Assembly (NCBI GenBank): GCA_963677595.1
Contig: OY782041.1
Span: 1,952,001 to 2,016,000, forward strand
Source: Spirochaetia bacterium
GTDB taxonomy: Bacteria > Spirochaetota > Spirochaetia > CAKZLE01
DNA: 64,000 bases
Reading direction: 5' to 3'
Shown: positions 46,733-56,880 of the stretch, one piece after another
Layout of the letters: each line of letters opens with the position of its first letter
Numbering within the stretch: position 1 is the first letter of the stretch
Translations under genes and position numbers: made by a program
Notes under the pieces: generated by a model
Database searches by the model: none
Told to the model about the DNA's origin: nothing
The model's input: the letters and a program-made list of their open reading frames with translations, nothing else

Positions 46733-47998
46733 ATGAAGAACAGGTATCGAGTACTTGCAGCTGTGCTTATCATATGCTGTACCGCAGTATCGTTGTTCGC
46801 AGCAGGAGCGCAGGAGAAGGACGAGGTCATCACGATCAAGTACAACAACTTCTCAGCAGGGGAGACGAACGCGGAGGTCCTCAAGGAGATGATCGCCATC
46901 TTCGAGGCGGACCATCCGAACATCAGGATCGAGAACGAGGCCATGGGCTACGGGGACAACTACTGGACCCAGCTGGTGACGCGGATCGCCGGCAATGATG
47001 CCCCGGACTGCTTCGAGCTCAACATGGAGAATTTCCTCGCCCATGCTACCAGGGGCTCCCTCCAGCCGCTGGACGGGCTGTTCTCTCAGACCGGGCTTGA
47101 CAAGGATGTCTACAGTGCAGGCCTCCTGGAAGCCGTGAGCTTCAACGGGGAGCTTCAGGCGATCCCCCTGATGTTCTCGACCGTCGTGCTGGTCTACAAC
47201 ATGGACCTCTTCGACCAGGCCGGGGTCGCCTACCCGACCGCTGACTGGACCTGGGCTGACTCACTGGAAGCAGGCAAGAAGATCTCAGCCCTCGGTGATG
47301 ATATCTGGGGTATGTTCAACCCGATCCAGTTCTGGGAGTTCTACAAGGTCTCGCAGCAGAACGGCGGCGGGCTCATGACGCCGGACGGGAAGAAGCTGAC
47401 GATCAACAGCAAGGCGAACGTGGAGACCCTCCAGTACATGCTCGACCGTGTCTACAAGTACGATGTCATGCCCGACAAGGAAGAGCAGGCTGACAGGCCT
47501 GAGTCAGACCTCTTCGTAGAAGGGAAGCTCGGCATGTGGCTCAATGGTGTATGGGCATTCAACGACCTGCAGCAGCGTGCTGATTTCCCCTGGGGAGTCG
47601 AGGTCGAACCAGGCAATACCTCCAAGGCTACCCATTTCTTCGGGAACGTTGGCTGTGTGAGCAAGACGACTGAGCACCCGGAAGAGGCGTTCATGTTCCT
47701 CAACTTCCTGGCATCTGACCCCAGGGCAGTGGATCTTCGCCTTGAGGCGCAGTGGGAACTCCCGACGGTATCAGATCCTGAGATCATGAAGCGCTATATC
47801 GAAGATACCCCGCCGGAGAATAAGATCGCTGTACTCAATTCACTTGACTATGCCGTGAAGCCGCCGGCTCTCGAACAGTTCGCTGAGCTCACGAACATCG
47901 TGAACACCAAGATCGAGATGGCTAGAGACGGTCTTCTTTCTGCGCAGGACGCATTGGACCAGGCACAGAAAGAAGCCGAAGCACAGATCACCCTGTAA
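46733..47998 (+). CDS. Sugar ABC transporter substrate-binding protein
   Basis: Signal peptide MKNR..LFAAGAQE, APD, LVYNMDLFDQAG, WTW; SD AAGGAG. Confidence 0.92.
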   Translation: MKNRYRVLAAVLIICCTAVSLFAAGAQEKDEVITIKYNNFSAGETNAEVLKEMIAIFEADHPNIRIENEAMGYGDNYWTQLVTRIAGNDAPDCFELNMENFLAHATRGSLQPLDGLFSQTGLDKDVYSAGLLEAVSFNGELQAIPLMFSTVVLVYNMDLFDQAGVAYPTADWTWADSLEAGKKISALGDDIWGMFNPIQFWEFYKVSQQNGGGLMTPDGKKLTINSKANVETLQYMLDRVYKYDVMPDKEEQADRPESDLFVEGKLGMWLNGVWAFNDLQQRADFPWGVEVEPGNTSKATHFFGNVGCVSKTTEHPEEAFMFLNFLASDPRAVDLRLEAQWELPTVSDPEIMKRYIEDTPPENKIAVLNSLDYAVKPPALEQFAELTNIVNTKIEMARDGLLSAQDALDQAQKEAEAQITL

Positions 47999-48022
47999 CC
48001 CAGAAACAGGAACCTGTACTAG

Positions 48023-48055
48023 AGGTGTCCGGATCGCTAAATCCGGGCACCATTT
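48023..48055 (+). terminator. Hairpin after SBP gene
   Basis: GGTGTCCGGAT..ATCCGGGCACC followed by ATTT. Confidence 0.55.
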
Positions 48056-48063
48056 GATTACGC

Positions 48064-50565
48064 ATGATAAGGAATGTCCGCATGAATTACAATGACCTAC
48101 AGATCAAGCACGTGCCATTAGGCAATGAACAACCCTATTTTCATCAGCCGTTCGAGCGGATCCCGTGCTACCCGATGCCCGGTAATATAATCATGTTAGG
48201 GGCGGTGGTGACTCCCATGGATGCGGGAGAGACGGTCTCACTGTTCTGGAGGACCTGGCAGTCTGACTCTTTCAACGAGAAGGCTGCCTTCTGCATCGGC
48301 ACGAGCGACAGTGTCGGGAACAGCGGCGGCGACCGGTACTGGATGGCATCCATTCCCAGCATTGGCAAGGATGAGACCTTGGAGTATTTCTTCCGGGTCA
48401 GTTCGGGGAAGGAGACTGTGGAGACGGAGAGGTTTACCTATACCTCAGGGACGAGTGACGGGTTCACCTGTATTGATGCATACTTCCCCTGTAAGGATGC
48501 TATCATCGTCAAGCTGCACTCCCCGATGACTCAGAAGGTACGGTATGTGACTGTGAGGGCAGAGGAAGACCATATCATGACCGAGATCTTCATCGGTGAG
48601 GATGTACCGGCTGGGGTCGGCAGGTATGGGATGCCGGTGGACCATATCCCTCGTGAAGTCAGGATCCCGGGAAGCCGCGCGTCCCTCAAGATCGAGATCA
48701 ATTACCTTCACCTGATCCTGGCTCCGGATACTGAACCGGTCTCCCTGCTAGGCGGGTTCGGCATCAGCTCAATCCTGGTCGGGGATTCAGTCTCTTCCAG
48801 TATGAGCTTCTCCATCGACATGGAGCCTGAAGAGAAGTTCTTCGGGTTCGGTGAACGGTATAACAGGCTCGACCAGCGGGGAGAGGTGCTGAGGAACCTG
48901 GTCTTCGAGCAGTACAAGAACCAGAAGCTGAAGACTTATATGCCGGTCCCGTTCTTCCAGTCGAGCAGGGGCTACGGCCTCTCGATCGACACGGACCGGG
49001 ATGTGAGCTTCGGTCTCAGCGGCGACCGGCTTTGGATTGCTGCCGAGCTTGGGTCTAATACGAGTATTACGCTCCGCTGGTATACAGGCACACCCCTCGA
49101 GATCGCTTCATCCTATGCGAAGAAGCAGCTCTCAGGGCTCGAGGTCCCGGAGTGGGCCTTAGGTCCATGGATGAGCAGCAATGAGTGGAATAGTCAGTCC
49201 AGGGTGCTCTCAGAGGTAAAAACCGGCAATGACCTCGATATTCCGGCTAGCGTCGTAGTGATCGAGGCCTGGAGTGATGAGGCTACCTTCTATATCTGGA
49301 ATGATGCGGAGTATAGGCCGAAGGCCCCGGATGAGCCGATGCTCCTCAGTGACTTCACCTTCCCGGAAGACGGGCTGTGGCCCGACCCGAAGGGGATGAT
49401 CGATGCTCTCCATGCAGATGGGAAGCGGCTTGTCCTCTGGCAGATCCCGGTCGTGAAAGAGTTCAACGAGGATCCGGAAGCGACACCCGAGCAGCAGCGG
49501 CTGGACCAGGAGTATATCGAGGATGCAGGACTCTGCCTCCGGGAGGAGGACGGTTCGGCATACCGGGTACGGCCGGGCTGGTTCTCGAACAGCAGGATGC
49601 CCGACCTCGCTTCATCGAAGGCTAGGGAGTGGTGGTTCTCCAAGCGGTCCTACCTCATGGCTGAGATGGGAGTCGACGGGTTCAAGACAGACGGCGGGGA
49701 GCACATCTGGGGAAGGACTGTCCAGGCCTCACAAGCATATGTCGAGGAATTCGGGAAGAATGTCACGGGTGACACCTTGATCAACTCCTTCCCGATGGAT
49801 TATATCGCCTCCTACCACGAGGCTATGAAGCAGCATGTACCCGACGGGACTGCCCTGACCTTCAGCAGGTCAGGGTATACCGGGGCAGGGGGGTATCCCT
49901 GTCACTGGACGGGAGACCAGGGCTCTACCTGGGATGCCTACCGGGGCGTGATCAATGCCGTGCTCAATGCGAATATATCGGGGATACCGATGATCGGCTG
50001 GGACATCGGCGGCTTCAGTGGTGAGATTCCCACTGCTGAACTCTATCTCAGGTCGACAGCAGCTGCTGTCTTCTCGCCGATCATGCAGTACCATTCCGAG
50101 TTCTACAACCATGTAGAGCCCCACGTGGACAGGACCCCGTGGAACATCGCGAAGCGGTGTGATGCACCGGAGGTGGTCGACATCTACCGGATGTTCGCGA
50201 AACTCCGAATGGCGCTGATCCCCTATATCTCAGGTGAGATCGCCCATGTGAGTGCGACAGGGGAGCCCCTTATGCGGCCGCTCTGGATTGACTCGCCAAA
50301 GGACCAGCGTGCATGGGAGATCGAGGATGAGTACCGGTTCGGCAGGGCACTCCTCATAGCCCCCGTCCTCCACGAAGGGGAGACCGGACGGGAGGTCTAC
50401 CTCCCGGAAGGGAACTGGGAAGATGCCTGGATCGGGGAGAAGGTCACGGGCGGTACGAGTGTCAGGAGGGAAGTCCCGCTCTCGACGATAGCAGTGTTCC
50501 GGGACCTGGATGCCCCCTGGCCGCTGCCTGAGGATCTCTTCAAGCAAGCACGGAAGGAGTTGTAG
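48064..50565 (+). CDS. GH31 glycosidase, cycloalternan-degrading/1,3-alpha-isomaltosidase-like
   Basis: GFGERY, GPWMSSNEWNSQ, VVIEAWSDE, DGFKTDGGE (nucleophile Asp), HWTGD, WDIGGF; no signal peptide. Confidence 0.8.
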   Translation: MIRNVRMNYNDLQIKHVPLGNEQPYFHQPFERIPCYPMPGNIIMLGAVVTPMDAGETVSLFWRTWQSDSFNEKAAFCIGTSDSVGNSGGDRYWMASIPSIGKDETLEYFFRVSSGKETVETERFTYTSGTSDGFTCIDAYFPCKDAIIVKLHSPMTQKVRYVTVRAEEDHIMTEIFIGEDVPAGVGRYGMPVDHIPREVRIPGSRASLKIEINYLHLILAPDTEPVSLLGGFGISSILVGDSVSSSMSFSIDMEPEEKFFGFGERYNRLDQRGEVLRNLVFEQYKNQKLKTYMPVPFFQSSRGYGLSIDTDRDVSFGLSGDRLWIAAELGSNTSITLRWYTGTPLEIASSYAKKQLSGLEVPEWALGPWMSSNEWNSQSRVLSEVKTGNDLDIPASVVVIEAWSDEATFYIWNDAEYRPKAPDEPMLLSDFTFPEDGLWPDPKGMIDALHADGKRLVLWQIPVVKEFNEDPEATPEQQRLDQEYIEDAGLCLREEDGSAYRVRPGWFSNSRMPDLASSKAREWWFSKRSYLMAEMGVDGFKTDGGEHIWGRTVQASQAYVEEFGKNVTGDTLINSFPMDYIASYHEAMKQHVPDGTALTFSRSGYTGAGGYPCHWTGDQGSTWDAYRGVINAVLNANISGIPMIGWDIGGFSGEIPTAELYLRSTAAAVFSPIMQYHSEFYNHVEPHVDRTPWNIAKRCDAPEVVDIYRMFAKLRMALIPYISGEIAHVSATGEPLMRPLWIDSPKDQRAWEIEDEYRFGRALLIAPVLHEGETGREVYLPEGNWEDAWIGEKVTGGTSVRREVPLSTIAVFRDLDAPWPLPEDLFKQARKEL

Positions 50566-50570
50566 CACCT

Positions 50571-52871
50571 ATGTATTTCAATAAGATACCCCACCCCTAT
50601 AATTTCATCCCATGGGAACAGGCTGATGGATCAACACAGGTCACCCTGAAGGACTTGGGGGAGGATGTGTTCCACATCACCATCAGCGATGATGCAAGGT
50701 GGCCCGGACCACGGTATGAGTCCCTGATCCAGGAGGAGGGGCTCTCGTTCAACGGGGCATCGGACTGTTCCGTCACGATCAATGAGACAGGCTCCCTGGC
50801 TGTCGGCAGGGGTGAGGGGACCCTGCTGGCTCCCTATCCTGCACTGCCTTTCGGAATCCTGAAGGATTCCTGGCTGTGGTGCTTCTCCCTGGAAGACTCC
50901 ATGAGGTTCTACGGTATGGGCGAGAAGAACATCGGGTTCGAGAAATCGGGACTACGGACGAAGTTCTGGAACACCGATGGCTGGGCTGACTTCGCCGATG
51001 AGGAGATCAGGAACGGGGTGACCGACCCTATGTATGCATCATTCCCGATTCTGATCATCCGGAACCGTGAGAGCTGGGCTGCCCTGCTCATACCGACTGC
51101 ATCGCCTGTCTTCATGGATACCGGGGCACGCCAGGTCATAGAGGGGGTGTCGGACACGGGGGCGAATGACCAGTTCTTCTATCTCGGGGCAACAGGGACT
51201 GCCCCGGAGATGTATCTTGTCATTGACGGGGATCCAATATCAATGGTCTCGAAGATTCAGAGACTCTGCGGGGTGACCCCGAGACCGCCGCTCTGGGCGC
51301 TCGGCTACCACCAGTCCAGATGGGGGTATTCGACTTGTGACCACCTGCATGAGCTGGACCAGGAGTTCAGGGAGTGCGGGATCCCCTGTGACGGCCTCTG
51401 GATCGATATCGACTACATGGACGGGTACCGGGTCTTCTCCCTGAATGAGCAGGTCTCACCGGGCCTTGAGGGACACCTGAAGAGACTCAAGGCTAACGGC
51501 AGGAGGGTCGTCCCGATCCTGGACCCGGGAGTGAAGGTCGATCCTGGTTACATGCCCTGTAACGATGGCTTGGATAAGGGAATATTCTGTCAGACTGCTG
51601 AAGGAAGACCATTTGTGGGGTTTGTCTGGCCTGGAGCATCCTACTTCCCGGACTTCTCCAAGGAAGCGGGGCGCACCTGGTGGGCGGCAAAGACAGCGGA
51701 TCTTGCCCGTAAGGGCTTCGAGGGATTCTGGATCGACATGAACGACCCGAGCACCGGGTCGGTTGATCTCGATGATATGCTTTTCAGGGACGGGAGTCTC
51801 CCCCATGCGGCATACCATAATGCCTATGGGCTGGGAATGGCCGAGGCAACAGTGATGGGCCTAAAAGAAGCTAATCCTGGTAATCGTCCCTTCGTCCTAT
51901 CAAGAAGCGGGACGATCGGGAACAGCAGGTTCGGGGCTCTGTGGACCGGGGATAACATCTCGAACTACCACCACCTGAGAAAGAGCCTTGAGATGGTCCT
52001 GAGCCTCTCGGTCTCAGGGCTGCCGTTCGTCGGCTCCGATGTAGGCGGGTTCGGTGGGGATGCTTCCAAGGAGAACTATATCGACTGGTACAAGGCGAAT
52101 TACCTGATGCCCTTCATGCGAAACCACAGTGCGGACGGCACCCGGGAACAGGAACCATGGACCTTCGATGAGGAAGTCCTCCACATCGTGAGGAGCTGCG
52201 TCCGGGCGCGGTACGCCCTGCTCCCCTACCTATACATGCAGTTCATATGGCAGGAGAAGGACGGTATACCGATCGTCAGGCCGATGATCTTCCAGTTCCC
52301 CGATGACCTGCGGTTCGAGGGGAATGCAACACAGTTCATGATCGGGGATGACCTCATGCAAGCTCCCAACCTCAGGGAAGAGAGTCATGGGAAAAACCGG
52401 ACGATCCTCATCCCTGAAGGAGGATGGTTTGACCTGTATGATGGGACATGGATCGAGGGCCCTAGTGAACATAGGATCACAGATGCCGGAGATGCACTCC
52501 ACCTGTTTGCCAGGGGCGGGGCAGTGATCCCGATACTCACCGAACCCGATACCATCGATTCCACGGGGGATATAGATCTCTCGCAAGCCGGGTTCCTGGT
52601 CATAGTTGATGAGGGAACACCAAGGGCAGAATATACCTATCACTATGATGACGGGTTAAGTTTCGCTTACCGGCAAGGCGAAGAGTCAGTGGTAACCCTT
52701 AGGTATCGAATGGAGGGTGCTGGACTGACGGTCGACTGCAGTGACCCTGGAGCCCATATCATGTGTGTCGGGGATATAGCAGGTATGATCGTGAATGGGA
52801 AGGGAACTGAAGTGAAAGAGGGCAGGGTCCCCCTGCCGGGAATGGGGTGTTCTGTCCGTATTCCCGGGTAG
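50571..52871 (+). CDS. GH31 alpha-glucosidase
   Basis: LGYHQSRWGY, WIDIDYMDG, WIDMNDP (nucleophile), WTGDN, GSDVGGF, RNH, QEPW. Confidence 0.9.
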   Translation: MYFNKIPHPYNFIPWEQADGSTQVTLKDLGEDVFHITISDDARWPGPRYESLIQEEGLSFNGASDCSVTINETGSLAVGRGEGTLLAPYPALPFGILKDSWLWCFSLEDSMRFYGMGEKNIGFEKSGLRTKFWNTDGWADFADEEIRNGVTDPMYASFPILIIRNRESWAALLIPTASPVFMDTGARQVIEGVSDTGANDQFFYLGATGTAPEMYLVIDGDPISMVSKIQRLCGVTPRPPLWALGYHQSRWGYSTCDHLHELDQEFRECGIPCDGLWIDIDYMDGYRVFSLNEQVSPGLEGHLKRLKANGRRVVPILDPGVKVDPGYMPCNDGLDKGIFCQTAEGRPFVGFVWPGASYFPDFSKEAGRTWWAAKTADLARKGFEGFWIDMNDPSTGSVDLDDMLFRDGSLPHAAYHNAYGLGMAEATVMGLKEANPGNRPFVLSRSGTIGNSRFGALWTGDNISNYHHLRKSLEMVLSLSVSGLPFVGSDVGGFGGDASKENYIDWYKANYLMPFMRNHSADGTREQEPWTFDEEVLHIVRSCVRARYALLPYLYMQFIWQEKDGIPIVRPMIFQFPDDLRFEGNATQFMIGDDLMQAPNLREESHGKNRTILIPEGGWFDLYDGTWIEGPSEHRITDAGDALHLFARGGAVIPILTEPDTIDSTGDIDLSQAGFLVIVDEGTPRAEYTYHYDDGLSFAYRQGEESVVTLRYRMEGAGLTVDCSDPGAHIMCVGDIAGMIVNGKGTEVKEGRVPLPGMGCSVRIPG

Positions 52872-52875
52872 GTGG

Positions 52876-53658
52876 TTATCCTTTAGCCCATTCCCAGGGG
52901 GTGGAGGCGTTCTGGACGCAGTACTTGCCCCCGGTGATTTCGATATCGGTGCCGGTAAAGTACCCGGCTTCGTCTGAAGAAAGGTAGACGATGAGCTTGG
53001 AGAGGTCCTCCGGCTTTCCGAGCCTGTGGAGTGCGACATTCTCGACGTACTTCTCGCCGTTCTCCTTGATGGAATCCTCACTCATCTCGGTCTGGATCAT
53101 CCCGGGGATATACCCGAAGACCCGAATCCCGTAGGGGGCGAAGTTAGCGGCAAGGCTCTTCGTGAGGTTCGATACCCCTGCCTTCGTCATGGCATAGAGG
53201 ACCCCCTGGCTGTGGGGAATCAGGGCAGCATAAGAGGAGGCATTGATGATGACCCCGCCCCTTCCGAGGGTGATCATATGCCGAGCAGCTATTCTTGAGC
53301 CCTCATATACAGCCCTGAGGTTAGTGTTTACGGTAGTATCCCAGTCCTCATCGGTGAAATCGAGTACCTTCTGGTTTATTGCCACTCCGGCATTGTTGAT
53401 CCAGACATCAAGTGCCCCATCCCTTTCCACGATCTTATTTGCCATGTCCTGCATGCCAGCCCTGTCGGTGACATCAAGTGTCCAGCAGGTGATATCGTAT
53501 CCCTGGTCCTGACACCAAGCACTGAACTCGGCATTCCGCTTCTCGTTCCTCCCGCAGACATGGACATGTGCCCCGGCTTTAGCAAATTCGATCGCTATGG
53601 CTTTCCCGATACCGGCTGTTCCGCCGGTGATGACTGCGACCCTGTATGTGTTCTTCAT
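52876..53658 (-). CDS. SDR family oxidoreductase
   Basis: TGGTAGIG, NNAG, catalytic YAMTK, PGMIQT. Confidence 0.92.
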   Translation of the reverse strand: MKNTYRVAVITGGTAGIGKAIAIEFAKAGAHVHVCGRNEKRNAEFSAWCQDQGYDITCWTLDVTDRAGMQDMANKIVERDGALDVWINNAGVAINQKVLDFTDEDWDTTVNTNLRAVYEGSRIAARHMITLGRGGVIINASSYAALIPHSQGVLYAMTKAGVSNLTKSLAANFAPYGIRVFGYIPGMIQTEMSEDSIKENGEKYVENVALHRLGKPEDLSKLIVYLSSDEAGYFTGTDIEITGGKYCVQNASTPWEWAKG

Positions 53659-53755
53659 GGTATTGGTTCCTTTTTCTGTGAGGTTCTATGATCTTGGTGA
53701 AACTCGTAACTTTGTCTAATACCCAGCGTTTCCGAACGTGAGATAGCGTGCCGTA

Positions 53756-54430
53756 TCATTCATCGTATTTTACTAAAGACAGGATACTGTCATTATAGAC
53801 ATTCATGAGATGTTCATCGATATATTTCACGAGGTCAGGGATGTTGTTTTCCTTGATCGCCTCTAAGATCCTATTGTGAGCATCCTGAGCTCGAAGGATA
53901 TTCTCGTCAGTAAACGTATTGGTCCTGAAGAGCTCACTCTGTGCCCTGATGTTCTGGTACATTACCATGAGCCGTGAGTTCTCGGCAAGTTTGAAGATGG
54001 TAAGATGGAAGCGACGGTCATAATGGAGGAACGACTCAAAATCACTCTTTACCTTCTGCTGCCTGGCCTGAGTCTTTTCCAACTGGTCAACCAGTTTGTC
54101 ATGGTTCTTGCTGATAGCAAGTTTGCAGGCGGTCTCTTCCATCATGATACGCAGCTCATATACAGCCTTGACATCTTCCAGGGTAGGTTTATAGACATAG
54201 CTCCCCTTGTTCGGGATGATTGTGACCAGGTGCTCGAGGGACAACCGCTCGATCGCCTTGATCACCGGGGACCTGCTCACGCCAAAGTAGTTCGCCAGGT
54301 CAATGATCTCAAGCCGTTCACCCCACTTGAATTTACCTGTCAGGATGTCTTCCTTGATCTTGTGATAGGCCTGCTGGCTTAATGAGTCGACTTTTAGTGT
54401 TCCAGAAGCTCTCTCTTCCCCTTTTGCCAT
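53756..54430 (-). CDS. GntR family regulator (FCD domain)
   Basis: LANYFGVSRSPV..PNKGSYV; DRRFH..H. Confidence 0.92.
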   Translation of the reverse strand: MAKGEERASGTLKVDSLSQQAYHKIKEDILTGKFKWGERLEIIDLANYFGVSRSPVIKAIERLSLEHLVTIIPNKGSYVYKPTLEDVKAVYELRIMMEETACKLAISKNHDKLVDQLEKTQARQQKVKSDFESFLHYDRRFHLTIFKLAENSRLMVMYQNIRAQSELFRTNTFTDENILRAQDAHNRILEAIKENNIPDLVKYIDEHLMNVYNDSILSLVKYDE

Positions 54431-54558
54431 ACATTACTCGCTTTAAATTTTACAGCAATTATACTATAAACGGCTTATTGAATGCAACATATAGTAACAA
54501 AAGCTGCATGTGTCCCCATTATTGCTCCATTAATCATAGAACTTGTTAAATGCAACAT

Positions 54559-54603
54559 GTTCATACCAGATTGGTGTGGTTGTACACATACTCTGGTATG
54601 AAC
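54559..54603 (-). terminator. Inverted repeat between aldolase and gntR
   Basis: GTTCATACCAGA (54559-54570) / TCTGGTATGAAC (54592-54603). Confidence 0.55.
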
Positions 54604-54621
54604 TTTGCCTGAGCTCTTTCG

Positions 54622-55605
54622 TTATGAGATGATCCCGCATGCTGTGAGAGCAACTTTCAGCTCAGCTACCTCCTCGGTTGTCAGGTTCTCAAGCGGTTCC
54701 CTGACAATACCTCCAGGCTGTCCGGCAAGTTCCATCGATTTCTTCAGGACTGATTGGTATACGGACGTAGCCCTGCCGCCGACTTCCTGCTCGATAGTGG
54801 TGGGAATCCTTCGCTTAGCAACACATCGACCGATGAACTTGTGGTATGGGATCAGTTTGTCCAGCCAGGCCTTCATGGTATCATAGTCTTTCTGCATAGC
54901 GGCATCGTACATCCCGTATGCGATGTCGGGAGCGAAGCAGATAAGCTCTGTCACGAATGACCTGCATCCCAGCAGGGCTTCATAGATGAAATAGATATTC
55001 CCGATGCCGCAGCAGACGGTGAAATCCTCAGGATCTATCTCTTCCATCATCCAATAGGCTTTTTCCATGGTCGTGGCATTCTCTTTCGATGCGATGATGT
55101 TCGGTACCTTCGATAAACGCTGCATGATGTCCACGGGTATCTGCATCTTGGAGGTGCTCGGGTTGTTGTACACCATCACTCCGATATCGAGCTTCTCCGC
55201 GATCTTTGAAAAATGACGGTACAGCCCTTCATCAGCGGTCATCAGGTAATAGGGGTTCGTGATCATCGCACAGTCAATACCCAGGTCCTGGGCTTGCAGG
55301 CTCATATCAATAGAGAGTTTCGTCGCTGCCCGTCCTGTCCCGGCTATGATCGGAACCTTCCCGTTGGCAGTCTCCACGACGGTCTTGATCATTGCGAGGG
55401 ATTCCTCATCGGTCATGGCATAGAATTCTGAAGTACTCCCGGCTATCATGATACAGCCGTCCTTTCCCTCCATCTGTTCCACCGCAAATTGGGCTGTGGC
55501 TCTCATTGCCCCAAGGTCGAGAGATTCATCATCATTGAAGTGGGTTGGAAGCAGCGCAAGCGGCCCCTTGAGTTTCGCCTGCATCTCTTTTGGTGAAAGT
55601 CCCAT
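54622..55605 (-). CDS. DHDPS/NAL-family aldolase/dehydratase
   Basis: GSTSEF, NPYY, YNNP, Schiff-base Lys in ASKEN. Confidence 0.88.
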   Translation of the reverse strand: MGLSPKEMQAKLKGPLALLPTHFNDDESLDLGAMRATAQFAVEQMEGKDGCIMIAGSTSEFYAMTDEESLAMIKTVVETANGKVPIIAGTGRAATKLSIDMSLQAQDLGIDCAMITNPYYLMTADEGLYRHFSKIAEKLDIGVMVYNNPSTSKMQIPVDIMQRLSKVPNIIASKENATTMEKAYWMMEEIDPEDFTVCCGIGNIYFIYEALLGCRSFVTELICFAPDIAYGMYDAAMQKDYDTMKAWLDKLIPYHKFIGRCVAKRRIPTTIEQEVGGRATSVYQSVLKKSMELAGQPGGIVREPLENLTTEEVAELKVALTACGIIS

Positions 55606-55679
55606 TCGTTCTGACTCCTTTTAAGAAAAAAGTTCTATCTCCATACATGATGAAGATAGAACTGTATCGTGTAAGAAAA

Positions 55680-56600
55680 TTAGACCAGCTTGATATCAGG
55701 ATAGACCTGCACAAGGCTGTCAAACAGGATCTGCTTGTCATCAGCAGTAAGGTCCACTGCAGGAAGCCGTGGGAGACCGACATCCATTCCCTGCATCTTC
55801 AGGGCATTCTTGATCATCGGCAGCCAGTGCGGATCATCGTTTGCCCGTCGGATATACATGAAGTAGTATGCGATCGGGAGCATCTTCTTCCAGATCTCGA
55901 TTCCCTTCTTCAGGTCCTTCTCTTTGTCGATCGCATCGAACAGCTCGACACAGAGGTCAGGTACCACGTTCGGAAGCCCTGACAGCCATCCGTCAGCACC
56001 GACGCAGAACGCCTCAAGCGGTGAATAGTCATGGCCGTAGAGTACGCTGACAGCGTCTTTGTTGATGTACTTCATGTAATCACATCGCATGGAATCACCA
56101 TGGGCTGCCTTAACAGAATTCACGGCTCCCTCGTCAGCGAGGATCTTGACCTGAGCCGGAGTAAGTTCATATCCAGCGAACCAGGGGTTGTTATATACCA
56201 TGAGAGGTCCGCCCCAGGCCTTGGAAACAGCCCGCAGGTGGTTCATGGCAGCTTCTACATTCGGTTTGTAGTAGAAGGGGAGCAGGCACATTACGCCGTC
56301 AGCCCCGACATCCCGATACTTCTTCACGGTCTCGCATGCGATCTTGGTCGAATACCCGATATAGCCTGCATAGACAGGTACTCGTCCAGCTGCGGCTTCG
56401 ACAGATGTCTTCACGACCTGGACTCGTTCTTCTTCGGTCAATGCAGCTCCCTCACCAGTTGAACCAACGGGAGAGATACCATGTACCCCTTTCCCGATCA
56501 ACCATTCGATGAATTGTTTCTGCCCTTCAAGATCAAGGTTGCCCTGATCGTCGAATACGGTAAGCATTGCGGGGATGATCCCTCTTGGTCCTTTTTCCAT
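55680..56600 (-). CDS. DHDPS/NAL-family aldolase/dehydratase
   Basis: GSTGE, PFYY, YNNP, Schiff-base Lys in VKAAH, GADG, PRLP. Confidence 0.88.
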   Translation of the reverse strand: MEKGPRGIIPAMLTVFDDQGNLDLEGQKQFIEWLIGKGVHGISPVGSTGEGAALTEEERVQVVKTSVEAAAGRVPVYAGYIGYSTKIACETVKKYRDVGADGVMCLLPFYYKPNVEAAMNHLRAVSKAWGGPLMVYNNPWFAGYELTPAQVKILADEGAVNSVKAAHGDSMRCDYMKYINKDAVSVLYGHDYSPLEAFCVGADGWLSGLPNVVPDLCVELFDAIDKEKDLKKGIEIWKKMLPIAYYFMYIRRANDDPHWLPMIKNALKMQGMDVGLPRLPAVDLTADDKQILFDSLVQVYPDIKLV

Positions 56601-56640
56601 ATCCTATCTCCTTAAATATAATGTATACCATGCAACTTGC

Positions 56641-56857
56641 ATCCAACATGTTGGATATATCCTAGCACCAAGATTTTGCTTTGTCAATAAAGATTATGCA
56701 TCAACTTTCTTGTGCGATTGCTATATAGTTTACAAATATAGTAACTGATTAGACTTACTGCAGGCTTCCAGGCGGGAAATATTGACATATTGCATAAAGG
56801 AAAGTTTCTATTGACTTATGATATTTTTCATTTATACTTATATCTAACATGTTGGAT
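56641..56857. promoter_or_regulatory. Divergent promoter region with two ATC(C/T)AACATGTTGGAT operators
   Basis: Perfect palindrome at 56641-56656, near-perfect copy at 56842-56857 just after TTGACT-N16-TATACT (56811-56838). Confidence 0.75.
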
Positions 56858-56880
56858 GAAGGATTGGAGGGCCAATACTG

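Noticed and set aside
54622-56600. Lysine biosynthesis dapA genes
   Set aside because: Catabolic context (TRAP, GntR, SDR), divergent motifs, and no dapB/asd/lysC
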